Below are positions 52,601 to 64,000 of a DNA stretch of 64,000 nucleotides, in pieces (within the stretch, counting starts at the first letter, position 1; each line of letters opens with the position of its first letter). The notes under the pieces were generated by a model, which saw only the letters and a list, made by a program, of their open reading frames with translations, had not been told where the DNA came from and did no database searches. This DNA comes from Tubiluchus corallicola. Lineage: Eukaryota; Animalia; Priapulida. Location of the stretch: positions 1-64,000 of the forward strand of contig JAQGDQ010000056.1 of assembly GCA_030141605.1 (NCBI GenBank). Direction: 5' to 3'. Made by a program: the position numbers and the translations under genes.

Positions 52601-55600
52601 GCAATGCTTGATAGAAATGTAATTGTCATTACTTCTAGCCAAGCAAGAATTTTTCTCATACTAGAAAAAACAACGACATCAACAGTTAACGCAGCAGCGG
52701 CATTAGTGGTGGCAGTGGTAGCAAAAGCAGCAGTAACAACAAACAAAACTATGGAAAGTAGTTTGAACTTTTTTCTACATGTTTATAACCCTTTGAACCC
52801 CTTTAACCTTCATTACTTGAAACGTACTTGAAAATTGTTAAATTACCTCCTTCATAACTGAGGGTAGCTGGTCGACTACATAGCCACTATAGTTTGTAGA
52901 CTCACATGTTGGCGTCTGATACGGCATTGAATTGCATACTATTACACAATACTTGTGGCCAACAATACTGTAATGTACAACATAATAAATGTTTAGAAAA
53001 TAGACAAATATCGTAAACTGAAGCAAACAGAGTCAAAGAGTTGAGAGATTTCAATAAAAAACTGCTGTGGAATAAATGGACTGAATTCAAAATTATGAAA
53101 AATATGGTGGAATCAACACTAAATCCCTTGAACAGCTTTTTCTAATCATACACCTGCCTTCACAACAATAAGCATGCACACAAGTCAAAGTAGCTCCTAT
53201 CTACAATCTTGCTTTATCTAAAAAAATTTGCTTTCCCTCCAAGCCAATAATAAGATTTATTACCCCCTTTTCTGGGTGGAAGTTTCAAGTTATTAGTGGG
53301 TTACCGTATCACCTATATTAATTAACTGATTATATTTGTAATATTTAAACACAATTGGAGATGCTACGAGAGCAGTTTGTCATAAAGAGTCGCAGTTGAC
53401 AAGCGCATCTGTGTCACGAATAGGAAGTTCCAGGTATAAAATTGGGCTCATGGAGTGATTTCCTCATTGTTTTCTTTCTTTGCCATCCTTTGAGGGTGGA
53501 AATATTTTTTAATTAGTTTCATTTTAGATGTAATTTAGTTTTTTGTTATTTTTTAAGTTTAAACTAGGTCTAATCACTTTCAGTAAATGGTAACTGAAAA
53601 TAAACCTTGGTTCATGGATTTTCTGAAGATCATCAAACAACTGCAGAGCTGAACTCATGGCTTCGGCAATGTGACTAGAGCCATCACCACAACCACCTAC
53701 GAATCTGTAAAAAAAATAAGAAGCAGTCAGAAATGTCTGACCAGATCAGTTCTCTTACGCTTGCATTATGGTACAAGACATTTGGGCATGGCCATTTGGA
53801 CACGAGACATTTGGGCACAGAACATTTGGGCACCAACAAAATTTGACATTATACCTAAAATTTTTTTACTTTTGTTTATTAAGTTTTTAATGATTCACTA
53901 TATGTTCCTAACTGTCATAAAGTTACCAGTTCATTGCCTTTCTTAACTTTCTCTGCCTTCAGTATTAGCCTAGCTGTAGTTTTAAGAATGAACAAAGCAT
54001 GTCAGTAACATGAACAGGAAGATTTAGTTATTCGTTATTACCATTATGCTTATGACAAGCTTGACGGAGATAATTTAACGTTAAACGTAACCATCATCCA
54101 GCGCTTGGCATGCTTTAAGTTAAGTTGTGTATACTAACTGCCTATTCGAAAGAAATAAGATCAATTAATGAGAAAAATGCTTAATATATAATTATCACTT
54201 TCAAGAATAAGCTTCTTCACGGCATCTCTTACGAAATGCAAGAGTTCCATCTGCATTCAGCAGCAAAGTTTTTATGCAGTGTTTTAGTTATCTTTAATGT
54301 CAATTATACGATCGTATTCACGAAAATAATTATTTATTTGCTTACAAAAACTTTAGGTAAACTTCAAAAATTAGCTTTGTAACTAAGCAATCAAGGAGAA
54401 TTTGCCTAAAAAGCCAACTACAGACGTCGCGTTTTTTAGCGGAATGCAGAAATGATTTTCTTGGACAAGTGTAGCATGCGTCAATTCTGGCACCCAAATG
54501 TCTCGCGTGCAAGTTGGTCGGCACCCAAATGTCTCATGCTCAAGTGTCTGGCAGTGAAACGTCACGCCAAAATGAGCTGTGCTCCTTGCATTAGTCCAAA
54601 AAATCAGGGATTCCAATAGATGAAACATGTTGTCTTTCTTCAGACACACGGATCAAAATAAAGCACAAGCACAATAATAATTATAAAAAACCACTAACTC
54701 ATGTCCAGTGTCGTTGGCCCTTTGACCCGAGGTCATCGGTTACCATACCACTGCCTGTCCCCCACCCTCAGATATCTACCCTACATTTGGTGACTCCATG
54801 TACCATCATTTTGGAGTTATTCACTATCGTAGTGAAGAAACAATAATAATAACTATCTACAGGTAAAAGTGCTATGTATTGAAGGAGATAGCCTGGCTAT
54901 ATGTGAGATAGCTCTTTGCTAACTCACTACTGAAAAGTTGAAAGCTTCGACATGGCAGTGAGTAATTATAATATATCTATTACAACAGAAAAAAATGATC
55001 GTAAAAACAAAGCCTGGTGCAATGTTCAGGTAATATTAGCTTTTTTGTAAAAATGTTAAATTATTTTATTAACTTAATACACTTTATTCTAGTTCATGCT
55101 GAGGTAATAGTTACTAGTATTGCACTAAAATCGTCACTATGCATACATGTAATAAATATGACTATGAACACAAAAAGGAATTTAATATAAATTTTTGTAT
55201 CAACACTTTTCTCAAATTTCGCAACTAACAATATTATTATTTAATTAGATTATGACTATGATTGAGGGAGTTTATTAATTATTGTGGTTTATTTTAACAA
55301 TTATTACTCTTTGCGGATAATGAGCTGGAGAAAAAAAGAAATGCTGAAAAATTGTGGACTAGTCGGGATTTGAACCTGAGACCCGGAACTCGAACACGAG
55401 AATTTTTCTGCGTCTCGTTTGTTTCTTTAATTCAGTCAAGCATGGTGCTAAACAAACTCAGCCACAACAACAAAATCTGTTGTTTATACAATCTGCTATT
55501 ATAAATGCATGTACTATATGTGTGTTTCATCATTATAGATGATCAGTGTACAGCACTTCCTCTCAAAATCTCTAATACACACATATGTAAAGGTTTGCAG

Positions 55601-56747
55601 TTTACAGAAATTTAATGGAAATTATTATCCTTAAAGCACAAATTCAATGACTGCAGTAAGCTTAAACTAGGGAAAATAATAACTTAAAAAGCAGGCAAAA
55701 ATAATCATATTTCTTACTCTATTTTGTCCATATATGAAAGCAATTGATGAGGACTCCCTGTAGGTGGCAAGCATATCACAGACTGGTTTGGCGCATTATC
55801 AACACAGTGAAACAAAACTATAGAGTACATAGTACTGTTATACTGAAAAAAATAAAAATACACATTTACCACAATTCGGCTTACCATTTCTCTCTGTAAT
55901 CTGATTTTGTAGGATTAATGTTAGTTTGTAAATTACCATACAACAGCCTCAAAACAAAATCAAACAAAATGGATTTTCATCTTGGGTACCTTAAACAGTT
56001 TTTTTACACATAGTAACTAAAAGATCTCAACACTCCTTTTAATGTCCAGCTATTTGGTTTTCTAGTCAGCATACAGAAAACTTTTCTTTGAATGGCAAAT
56101 GACAAATAAGTCAAAATACGTACGTCGAAACCACAGTCAACTTCATCAATAGGTGCTCCATGAAAATACCTAGAACAAATAAAGCTTATAATTATCATTG
56201 TCAACTATTACACATTGAAATACACTGCAGTATGTATCACATATAAAAATGTTATATAAACATATATTAGCTGCAACTTCTACGCATAATTTTTAAATAA
56301 ATTATTAGTGTTATTACTGCACAACAATAAAAATGATCTCTGTGAAACTGCTTTTTGCTAATGATTCGAATTTGCTTTCTGATGCTCACGACAACCTGAA
56401 CATTAGCAAGTGCAATTACAGTCTTAAAATCTAATTAGTATCTTTTACATTTGGTACTTTCACTACTTTAAGTTCTGTTTAATTAGCCACAATTATCAGA
56501 TTGCTCTTCTAAACACTGCATTTAACAATTTTTTTAACACAGTTGAACCAACAACTTCATTAAAAATCCGTAGTTTAATTTAAAATCTGAAAAACAAAAA
56601 AATATCATACTCAAGTGTTGGCACTATATATGACATCCGTAATTCATTGAAGTAAGGAGCCAGATTTCCTGTATTTTCTATAAGAAAAACTACATCTGAT
56701 GGCGTACTTGAACTACCAGCAGAATCTTGCAAATGAGAAGCAACCAT
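38527..56747 (-). CDS. MED25: Mediator subunit 25, ~949 aa, 20 coding exons
   Basis: Exons 56747-56611, 56169-56124, 55842-55718, 53704-53606, 52967-52847, 51378-51222, 50758-50672, 50424-50308, 49164-49019, 47510-47429, 46679-46044, 43919-43857, 43204-43048, 42578-42410, 42069-41957, 41539-41467, 41096-40989, 40319-40230, 39270-39091, 38670-38527 (2850 nt, open). N-terminal VWA domain ([50 protein letters not shown]); ACID/PTOV domain ([59 protein letters not shown]); NR box QLRHLL; polyQ tail. Confidence 0.95.
46200..46620 (-). repeat. Coding 21-bp minisatellite (MMTSQPG heptads) in MED25 exon 11
   Basis: Plus-strand unit gatgtcatcattccaggttgt; roughly 18-20 degenerate copies, with frame preserved. 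Confidence 0.9.
49420..49599. repeat. (ATAAT)n followed by (AAT)n compound microsatellite
   Basis: About 30 perfect pentamers followed by about 10 trimers; MED25 intron. Confidence 0.98.
53769..54584. mobile_element. Non-autonomous Mutator/Foldback-type element
   Basis: 9-bp TSD CTTGCATTA (53760-53768, 54585-54593); subterminal arrays of GACATTTGGGCAC on the left, inverted as GCACCCAAATGTC on the right; MED25 intron. Confidence 0.78.
55340..55410 (-). mobile_element. Possible tRNA-derived SINE head remnant
   Basis: Minus strand ..caggttcaaatcccgactagtcc contains a B-box (GGTTCAAATCC); no cloverleaf can be folded. Confidence 0.3.
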
Positions 56748-57457
56748 CTTCCTCAAAAAGTTACCTTATCTGCAAAATATTTAGTATAAGTCACTCATGC
56801 AATGCCTTATAATGCTGGGTGAAGCCTGATGAAAGACATTACAGCAAACTAAGAATAAATCAGAAATTCCTACAAACAGATAATCTTAAAATAAAAATAG
56901 TTAAGTACTACCTAAAATAGCATCTCTCAGTTTCAATGAAAAATAAACAATGAAAAAATAAAGAAACAACACAAATCTGAAAGTTAAGAACCGATGAACC
57001 ATTTTCAGCCAGTGTGTAGTCATTGTACCAGTCGTGCAAAATAAAATGCTGTTTATATACTTGTCCCAACCGATATTTTCACAGTGTTCAATAGTAACCA
57101 AGTTGCAGCTGCCATTTGCACCCAAAATCATTTGTGGTAAAAACAATATGTTTCTTTAACTGGTCATAAAATTTAATTTCAGAGAAATTTTTTGCCCAGT
57201 GCCAAGTTTCTTCAGCGGTCATTATGAAGTCAGGCAAAATTCAATCTGTGAGTACTTCGTGGTCAAACTATTAATGTCTGACCCATAACTTGAAAAGAAG
57301 CAAAGCTAACGAAAATAAGAAATAATTATAAATTTTCACACGTTTGCTAGACATTGGTAGATGGAATTCTAACAGAAAAAAAACCTGCAATCAAGGCAAG
57401 TAAACACAAGCAAGGGCACTTTATCTTCACCATACCATATTCCAAAGATGAACTTTA

Positions 57458-58230
57458 TGTTGGGAGCCGAGTAACCCACTAACCGAAGTAGGACAATTGG
57501 CGTTCATGGGCTAGCCCAAGTAGGACGCGTCGTACATGGGTTAGCCGAAGTAGGACGTGTCGTACATGGGCTGCCCAAGTATGACACTAGAGACAAGTCG
57601 CGAATTGAGTTGATAAGCGTACTGGCACCGTCCGTCGTCCTTGTTTATGGAATAATAATAACTAAAAACGTCAATACACGTTGAATAATTTATTATACAA
57701 CTGATAAAATAAACGAATTTTATTCTGAGCTAGTATAATTTTGCCAATATTAATCTTCTTTGAAGTAAAATAAGCGCACTTTTTAGGCGATTCTAACATT
57801 TGCTTAAGATATATCATTTTTTATTTTGTCTTGCTTTACAGATAGGTGATCCTTTTCACTCCCTCTTGTACAAATAATTGTTTTCTACTAAGTAAACGGG
57901 TTAGCGAGTTATGTGCCCTACATAGTTTTTCTCTTTAAAGCATTAGATACTTAGTTTAATGTTATGATGATAATTATTAATGGAGCTAATAATAATATGA
58001 TATTGTTGTAAAAAATACATTTGTAAATTGTCAAGGACTATCCATCATTATTATAAAGTTACTTTTTTCTAAAACAAATTTAGTTTTATGTTTTATTATG
58101 TCATTCTCGACAGATATCGCTAGTGCCCTACTTGGGCTGCCCATGTACGACAATGCTTTTCCGCAAATTAAGCACATGCGTTTTATCGGAAGTGTCCTAC
58201 TTCGGCTAGTGGATTACTCGGCGCCCTACA
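57458..58230. mobile_element. TGT...ACA element with 5-bp TSD, copy 2 (same family as 14725-15685)
   Basis: TSD CTTTA (57453-57457, 58231-58235); TIRs TGTTGGGAGCCGAGTAACCCACTAACCGAAGTAGGAC / GTCCTACTTCGGCTAGTGGATTACTCGGCGCCCTACA; the internal sequence aligns with copy 1 apart from deletions. Confidence 0.88.
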
Positions 58231-59207
58231 CTTTATACACTGTTATAATCACAAAGCCAATTCAATTCAATTTCGTTTATTGTTCAGATACAAGTACCCC
58301 GGCAAAATGAAATCCTCAAAACTAAAACTATGGTATCTACTAATATTATATATCCTAACTAATAACTGTTTGCAAATTACGCATGAAAAATAAAAACCTG
58401 TAAGTTTGCTCACAGTGACGGAATGTTCGTGTAAAAATGGATATCGAATATCACACATACTAATTACATAGTTATTTACTTACTTCCTAAAACATCGATA
58501 AATAAGCATACCAATTTACAAAGAGAAGAAAAATAAGGATTTTGTTATCTTGTTTATCTTTTGTTACCTTATGTTGTTTTGGCAAAGTAATCTTCTAGTG
58601 AATACCACATAAATTATATCAAATGACAATGCATAATCGTATGTCGGTCGCAGCAAGTGACTTCATTATGTGGTCATACCTGGTTCTGCATGAGTATCAC
58701 CTTTCCCCTTCATTGCATCTCGCCATCTGCCTCAGCTGCTCTGCCCATGTGACCCTTCTCGCCCACGATGAGGGCAGTATTAGCAATGGCTAACGTGTGG
58801 CTGTCTTGAGAAAATTCGCTTGTCTTTTTTGAAAATACTAAATAAAATTACTACGCTTGATGTGGCAAAGCAAACCTGTCTGTTTATAATGCGGAGCTAC
58901 TTATCGCGAATTTAGATTCAGTTGAAATTATTTAATTTACTTCTCTTACCCATCTTAATACCGCCTTTAACGTTTTTTCTTTTTTGCACATAGTGGGAAC
59001 CCGCCATTAGAGTTTGTTTGCCGTAAGTTGACATTAGAATAGAAAGAGAATAGAAATCTTTTAATTTTAAAAAGAAGGGAAAATAAAAGAAAATAAGGGA
59101 CAGGTTTTCAAGGAATAAATGTGAAAGTGTGATAAACGCAAAGTAGCAGTTATTAGAACAGTTATTATAAAGAATAGTCAAGTAAGTAGTACTAATCCAT
59201 ACCTATT

Positions 59208-59870
59208 ATGGCGTTTTATGCACAAGAAGGAGAGTAATATTGTTGAGAAGAAGAGTATTTTTGATAAATTTTGATTGAAGAATTAAAAGGAGTTACATGT
59301 ATCAAGGCACATGTAAAGAAGGCAGGTTTAACTAGCTGTAAGTTGGAAATAAACTCAAAGAACAGCTGCAAGTTGTTAATACACAAATCGAAGATCTTGA
59401 AGAGAAACTTGATGAGTTAGAGGAGGAAAAGGAGGTAAATAGAAGTTTAGAATTGGAGTTGCAAGAACTAAAACTACTGTTATATCAGTTAATGATTGGA
59501 GCACTGAAGAAGTAAGAAAAATTAAGGATGAGCTTCATGCTAAACAATTGATTATCAATGACATGAGAAGAGTGGCAGATAGCAAGGCAGAAAATGAAAG
59601 AGAAATGCAATGGAGAAGAAGAGGAAAAGTAAAGAATTAGAAACATCAAAACTAAAAGCAGAAAAAGTATAGGTGATAATGAAGCTTAATGAAAAAGCAG
59701 TTGCAAATGAATGCTTAATTAAAGCAAAAAGCACGATGCAAGAATTAGTGAGACTACTAACAAAAGAAAAGTTAGAATATAAAAAGATAAGTGAGGTGTT
59801 ACAAGCAAAAATGAAAGATGGGGGAACTGAGCAAAGGAGTCTGAACCTAAGGTAAACATCGAAACACAAA
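59208..59870 (+). pseudogene. Disrupted coiled-coil coding remnant, possibly a retroelement ORF1
   Basis: Purine-rich; translates in pieces to KLKEQLQVVNTQIEDLEEKLDELEEEKE.. and ..KAKSTMQELVRLLTKEKLEYKKISEVLQAK, with stops and frameshifts; no splice structure found. Confidence 0.45.
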
Positions 59871-61277
59871 GGGAAATTAAGAGGTGTAGCAAGTGTGAAG
59901 TCACTGACCGAAAACATCAAAGTGCACAGATTTAGCAAAATAAACTATTTTATTGAAAACAGTAAAGAAGTTTCATAGCAACAGACTCATCAGCTAAAGG
60001 TGGTGATGTTACAGCTGGCTCACAACTAGGAAACCCAGATTGGGCGAAGGTTGACAGTTAAGTGGTAATGCCTACATCACAAGTAGGGTGTATCCAAAGT
60101 GGCAGAGGGGAGTGTTGGCACCTTTTGAGAGAAAGTATGAAGTAATTTCATCACTGCAGAACTTAATTGATCTGAGCCACAGAAGGTGGCAGTACCATTA
60201 AACAATTTCCTTAACTGTTTACTTGATTCATATGTGGCGCCCGTATCAACTACCAACAATTTAGTTTTCATTATAGAACATAGGTGGCACCACCGAGCTA
60301 CTACAAGCATCAGTATGCTAGCATGTAAGAAGTGCTGGATATTTATGAAATGAAGTCGGCTTCTACGTGGCCAGGCGTAAATAGTTACACACACAGGTAA
60401 ATATTTTTGGGTTAAATACATTTTCATGAAGCCAGTAAGACAGTTTCATGAAGCCAGTAATTAGAATATATACGACACTCCGGAGGTATTATGTACGTCA
60501 AAATATTATACTTAGGATATTGCTTTAAGCAGAGTATCATAAGAATTATAATCATTATCGAGGTCATAATCATTATCAAGGTACATTTTCATGAATAAAT
60601 ATTCATCGATTAATATCATAAGCCACACATCAATAAATCCGTAAACAACTATTCATGATTTACATGTCAACTGACTGACAGTTCATCGGACGCATTACTT
60701 TATGAAAACATTGCACTTGAGGAAATACCATCACATCATTCAGTTTTATCAGTTTTATATTCAGTTTTATCAAAGCTTTATATCATTCATCACCTAAGCA
60801 TTATGTTCTTCTTCTTCTTCTCTTCCTGTCAAAAGTGGAAGATCTTCAGTACATGGACCAACATGGGTGAGAAAAACGAGTACTTCCGCTGGAGGTGTGG
60901 ACATTGGCGTCTGTGTTGCAGCATCACAAGTGGGCCTTGACCTCACAGGCGGAGTAGATTGCATCAGTGGATAGCGAGGACGGGCAGGAGCTATCTTGGC
61001 CAAGAAAGCAGATATTGCTCTGGCTGTGTGAACAGCATACTGCCTTCCAAAAGGTACTTTACATGGCGGTGAATGAAACAGCACATCCACATTGTAAACT
61101 GTACTTGTCACATAACGAGAAATAAATTGTCGAACTTCGTGTCCTTTGACGAAGATATCGTGGCAGATCTATGGAAACACAAAAGTTCGTGAGTATAGTG
61201 GTGTTCATTAACCATGCAGCGTGAGAGAGAAAAGTTCTTTATGACATCAGCCGCTATCCATAGTAGAACTTAGCACG

Positions 61278-62237
61278 TTAACGGTTTAAGGAGTAGTGGG
61301 GCGGGTTGAAGTTGTGGCCGGAAAAGGGAAGGCGAATTAACAAGTTTGTTAGTAAGCTGAGGTGGTCGGGTAAATGGTGGAGGTGGTTTTGACAATTATG
61401 AATTCGATTCATTTTTGGTTTGCAAAACGGGTTTTGTATTGGCCGACGTACTTGTAATAAATTGAACAATAGGGTAATTTTGAGCATTTGCCAGATACAA
61501 TAAGAAATGATGAAAATGACTGCAAAAACTATAATTAAATAGGGTACAAGACTAGCAGCATTATGCTCATATTTACCTTAATGGAGGTTGTTCTAAAAGC
61601 CTGCGTCATTTAACAACAACTTCTTATTTTGTATTATAGCAGTTTGAAGCCGTTGCAAAGGAACACGTGCGTGAAACTGAGCTTGTTTTGGTAAAGCGTA
61701 TGTTGGTATTGGGTCTTTGTTGTCACGTAGTGACTTTGGTATTGGTGTAAATAATTCGTCCCAAAGTGAGTTAGAAAACAAGTCGCCTACTGCGAAATTG
61801 ATCTCCAAACGAGATGAAGTCTGATTTTCATAATAAATAGGGAGTTCTAAATCATCAGTCAAAAGAGAACATCCCTGCTTTAATGACAGAATTTGTGGTT
61901 GGGTTATGTATCGTGTTTGAGTCGGTCCTTGCACGCAATAAAAGGTCACTTGTTCGTTGCGAAATGGTACAACATAGTATTGTCCATCGTTTATGTACGT
62001 GACGTAAAGTGGTAGAGATGTTGCGTGTGTGATTTGCTTGTCACAATTCTGTGCAATCAATTTTGCATCCTTTTTGAACAAAGCCGGTAAACAGGTTCTA
62101 ATCGTGTTAAAATTAAAAATAGGGTCTACGTTACGACAAGCCGAGTAGTGTGTCTGCAAACAAGTGCTAGCGGTTATGTCATCTAGCTCGAAATAGCGTA
62201 TTTCATCTTTTGTAGCCGATAAATATTTTGTAAACAA
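61278..62237 (-). pseudogene. Degenerate env/fusion glycoprotein-like ORF (errantivirus env/baculovirus F-like C-terminal half)
   Basis: Intronless, Cys-patterned 214-aa frame (YLSATKDEIRYFELDD..TC..SAC..P..TCLPALF..IAQNC..C..GCSLLT), then two in-frame stops and a transmembrane stretch LVPYLIIVFAVIFIISYCIW followed by a cytoplasmic tail. Confidence 0.62.
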
Positions 62238-62239
62238 TT

Positions 62240-62620
62240 TAAATGAGAAATAAGAAAGCTGCGTAAGATTTGTAATTTGTATAATTCAAAAACGCAGAGT
62301 GAGCTTTCTCTGCTTGCGAAACTTACCGAGAAAGTTCTGGTTTCGAGGCTCTGAAAGAATAGCATCAAGAAATTTTAATAGTCGTTCATTGATGATTGAA
62401 TTAAAAACTTTGCCAAGACATGAAGTTACTGAGAATTTTTAGGATAATCTAGTGTTCCTCTTAAATATGGTATTCATAATGCTCTTAGACCAGTTCTCTG
62501 GACATTTGCCCTTTTCTAATACTGAATTCATCCATTTAATTAATGGCCTGGCAAGTATATCTATTGCAGTATTAACATTTTCAGATTCCAAGTTTTTTCG
62601 TTTAGAACATATGGCATTTA
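62240..62620 (-). mobile_element. LINE RT N-terminal fragment
   Basis: NSVLEKGKCPENWSKS..IFK and SVTSCLGKVFNSIINERL. Confidence 0.65.
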
Positions 62621-64000
62621 AACTCTAGTGACTTTTATGTTATTATATATTGTACCCTATTTGTGCATTTGTGTAAGAGACTTAGTTACAAATTGCTGTA
62701 ATGAAACCCTATTACGTATGTAATTTTGGGAGTTTATATATTATATGAAGAATGTTTATCGTCAATTTTTTGTTGACTCCTATATCAAATATTTGTTGTT
62801 TAGCAAAGTAACTAGAATTTCTGCTTTCAATTTCAGAAAGCAATTGTAAAGCAGTTTAAGTAAGTAATTGTTGCCATATGTGTTATAATGCTTTTAACAT
62901 TTACCCAATTGTTACTTCTACATAAGTTTACTATAACTGTCACGAGCTCTATATTTTAACCTTTCATTTCACGTTTATTATAGCGCTTTGTCACATGGCG
63001 AACTTTATTGCAAGTTTATGTTACTGGTTGAATCTTTGATGAACATATATTGTTTTTGTATTATTGGAAGAATAAAATGTTTATAATACATGTATTAGCG
63101 CTAATGGGAATGATAACATTTTGTGCAATGTTTTGAAGTCCAAAGATTTTTTGGAAAACTTAGATTTTCAGTGTAAATATACGATTCGTTTTAAGACCTG
63201 AATTGAGCACAAAGGTCAATGTGGTCCAGTAATCAGAACTTATCAGATCGTTCGAATGTAAATAATAACTACAGGAGGCAATATACATATTAAAACAATG
63301 CAGAAAGCGGTTCATCACAGAACAGTGACAAGTATATTGACACAAGATAATAATAGATAAATGAAAATAAGTCATTATTCATTTTGTGCCTTGGCGTTTA
63401 ATGGGCTAACTAGGTTAATTATGTTCATTTTTTCAACATACGATATGAAGTTCAACCATACCGAGTAAAAATTGTAGGAAAGTTATTAGTGTATCTAAAA
63501 TGTTTAAACCAAATCATATTGAATTTGTTTCGCTGCTAATACTTCTGGTGATTATTGCGAATAATTTTCAACTATAATAAATATTATTTACAGGGAAAAA
63601 GTAAAATTAAATAATGTGATTAATAATTATAACAATAATTATGCGGTCTATATTCTTCTCACATAACAATCTTCACAATTCACAAGCTCGTGTAGTAGAT
63701 GTCTGCTACATAGTTTGTTATAAAAATTCCTTCTTGTTCCAAATGGCAGTATTGTCAAAAGTGCGACAGGCACATATTATGCCTAATAATTATCCAAACC
63801 TGTTAAAACGAAGAAAAATTAAAAATAAAACTGCTGAACAAAATTTACAAGAAAACAAGTGTTTGTATTGAGCAGATAGTTTGCGTTTCTGTAGCTAATC
63901 GCATTACTTGAGATATGTGCGGGAAGCGACTGGCACAAAGCGCAAACGTTAATTTGTTTTATTGAGCTGCTTTTATTGTCAATTGATTACATGATGAGAA

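Noticed and set aside
55340-55410. tRNA gene
   Set aside because: Only a B-box/T-arm-like motif is present; there is no acceptor stem or anticodon arm.
30143-56747. vWA gene as a duplicate of, or fusion with, the MED25 VWA domain
   Set aside because: No visible sequence similarity or shared exon structure; the vWA gene has its own signal peptide and MED25 has its own stop codon.
60234-60250. TGGCGCCCG as a tRNA-Lys primer-binding site
   Set aside because: The match is short, does not follow a CA LTR end, and is on the opposite strand to the env-like ORF.

Overview
AT-rich genomic DNA from an intron-containing animal, most likely an invertebrate; it is not prokaryotic. I reconstructed six host genes by hand from GT-AG exons with consistent reading phase. 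(1) The 5' part of a two-pore channel TPC1/TPCN1 gene (minus, runs off the left edge). (2) DRC10/IQCD (plus). (3) An ASPHD-type aspartate beta-hydroxylase domain gene (minus). (4) POLR2K/RPB12 (minus), whose stop lies only 140 nt upstream of the ASPHD start. (5) A secreted single-vWA-domain gene (minus). (6) A 20-coding-exon MED25 (minus) with an extra exon of MMTSQPG heptad repeats. Introns and intergenic DNA hold many decayed mobile elements: CR1-like and RNase H-bearing LINEs; hAT, Tc1/pogo and MULE-type MITEs with visible target-site duplications; two copies of a TGT...ACA element with 5-bp TSDs; and a degenerate env/fusion-glycoprotein-like fragment. The best candidates for new biology are a possible dicistronic or shared-promoter POLR2K-ASPHD unit, the TGT...ACA element family with co-varying ends, and the SQ-rich heptad domain in MED25. 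Gene identities rest on motifs recalled from memory; no database search was run.
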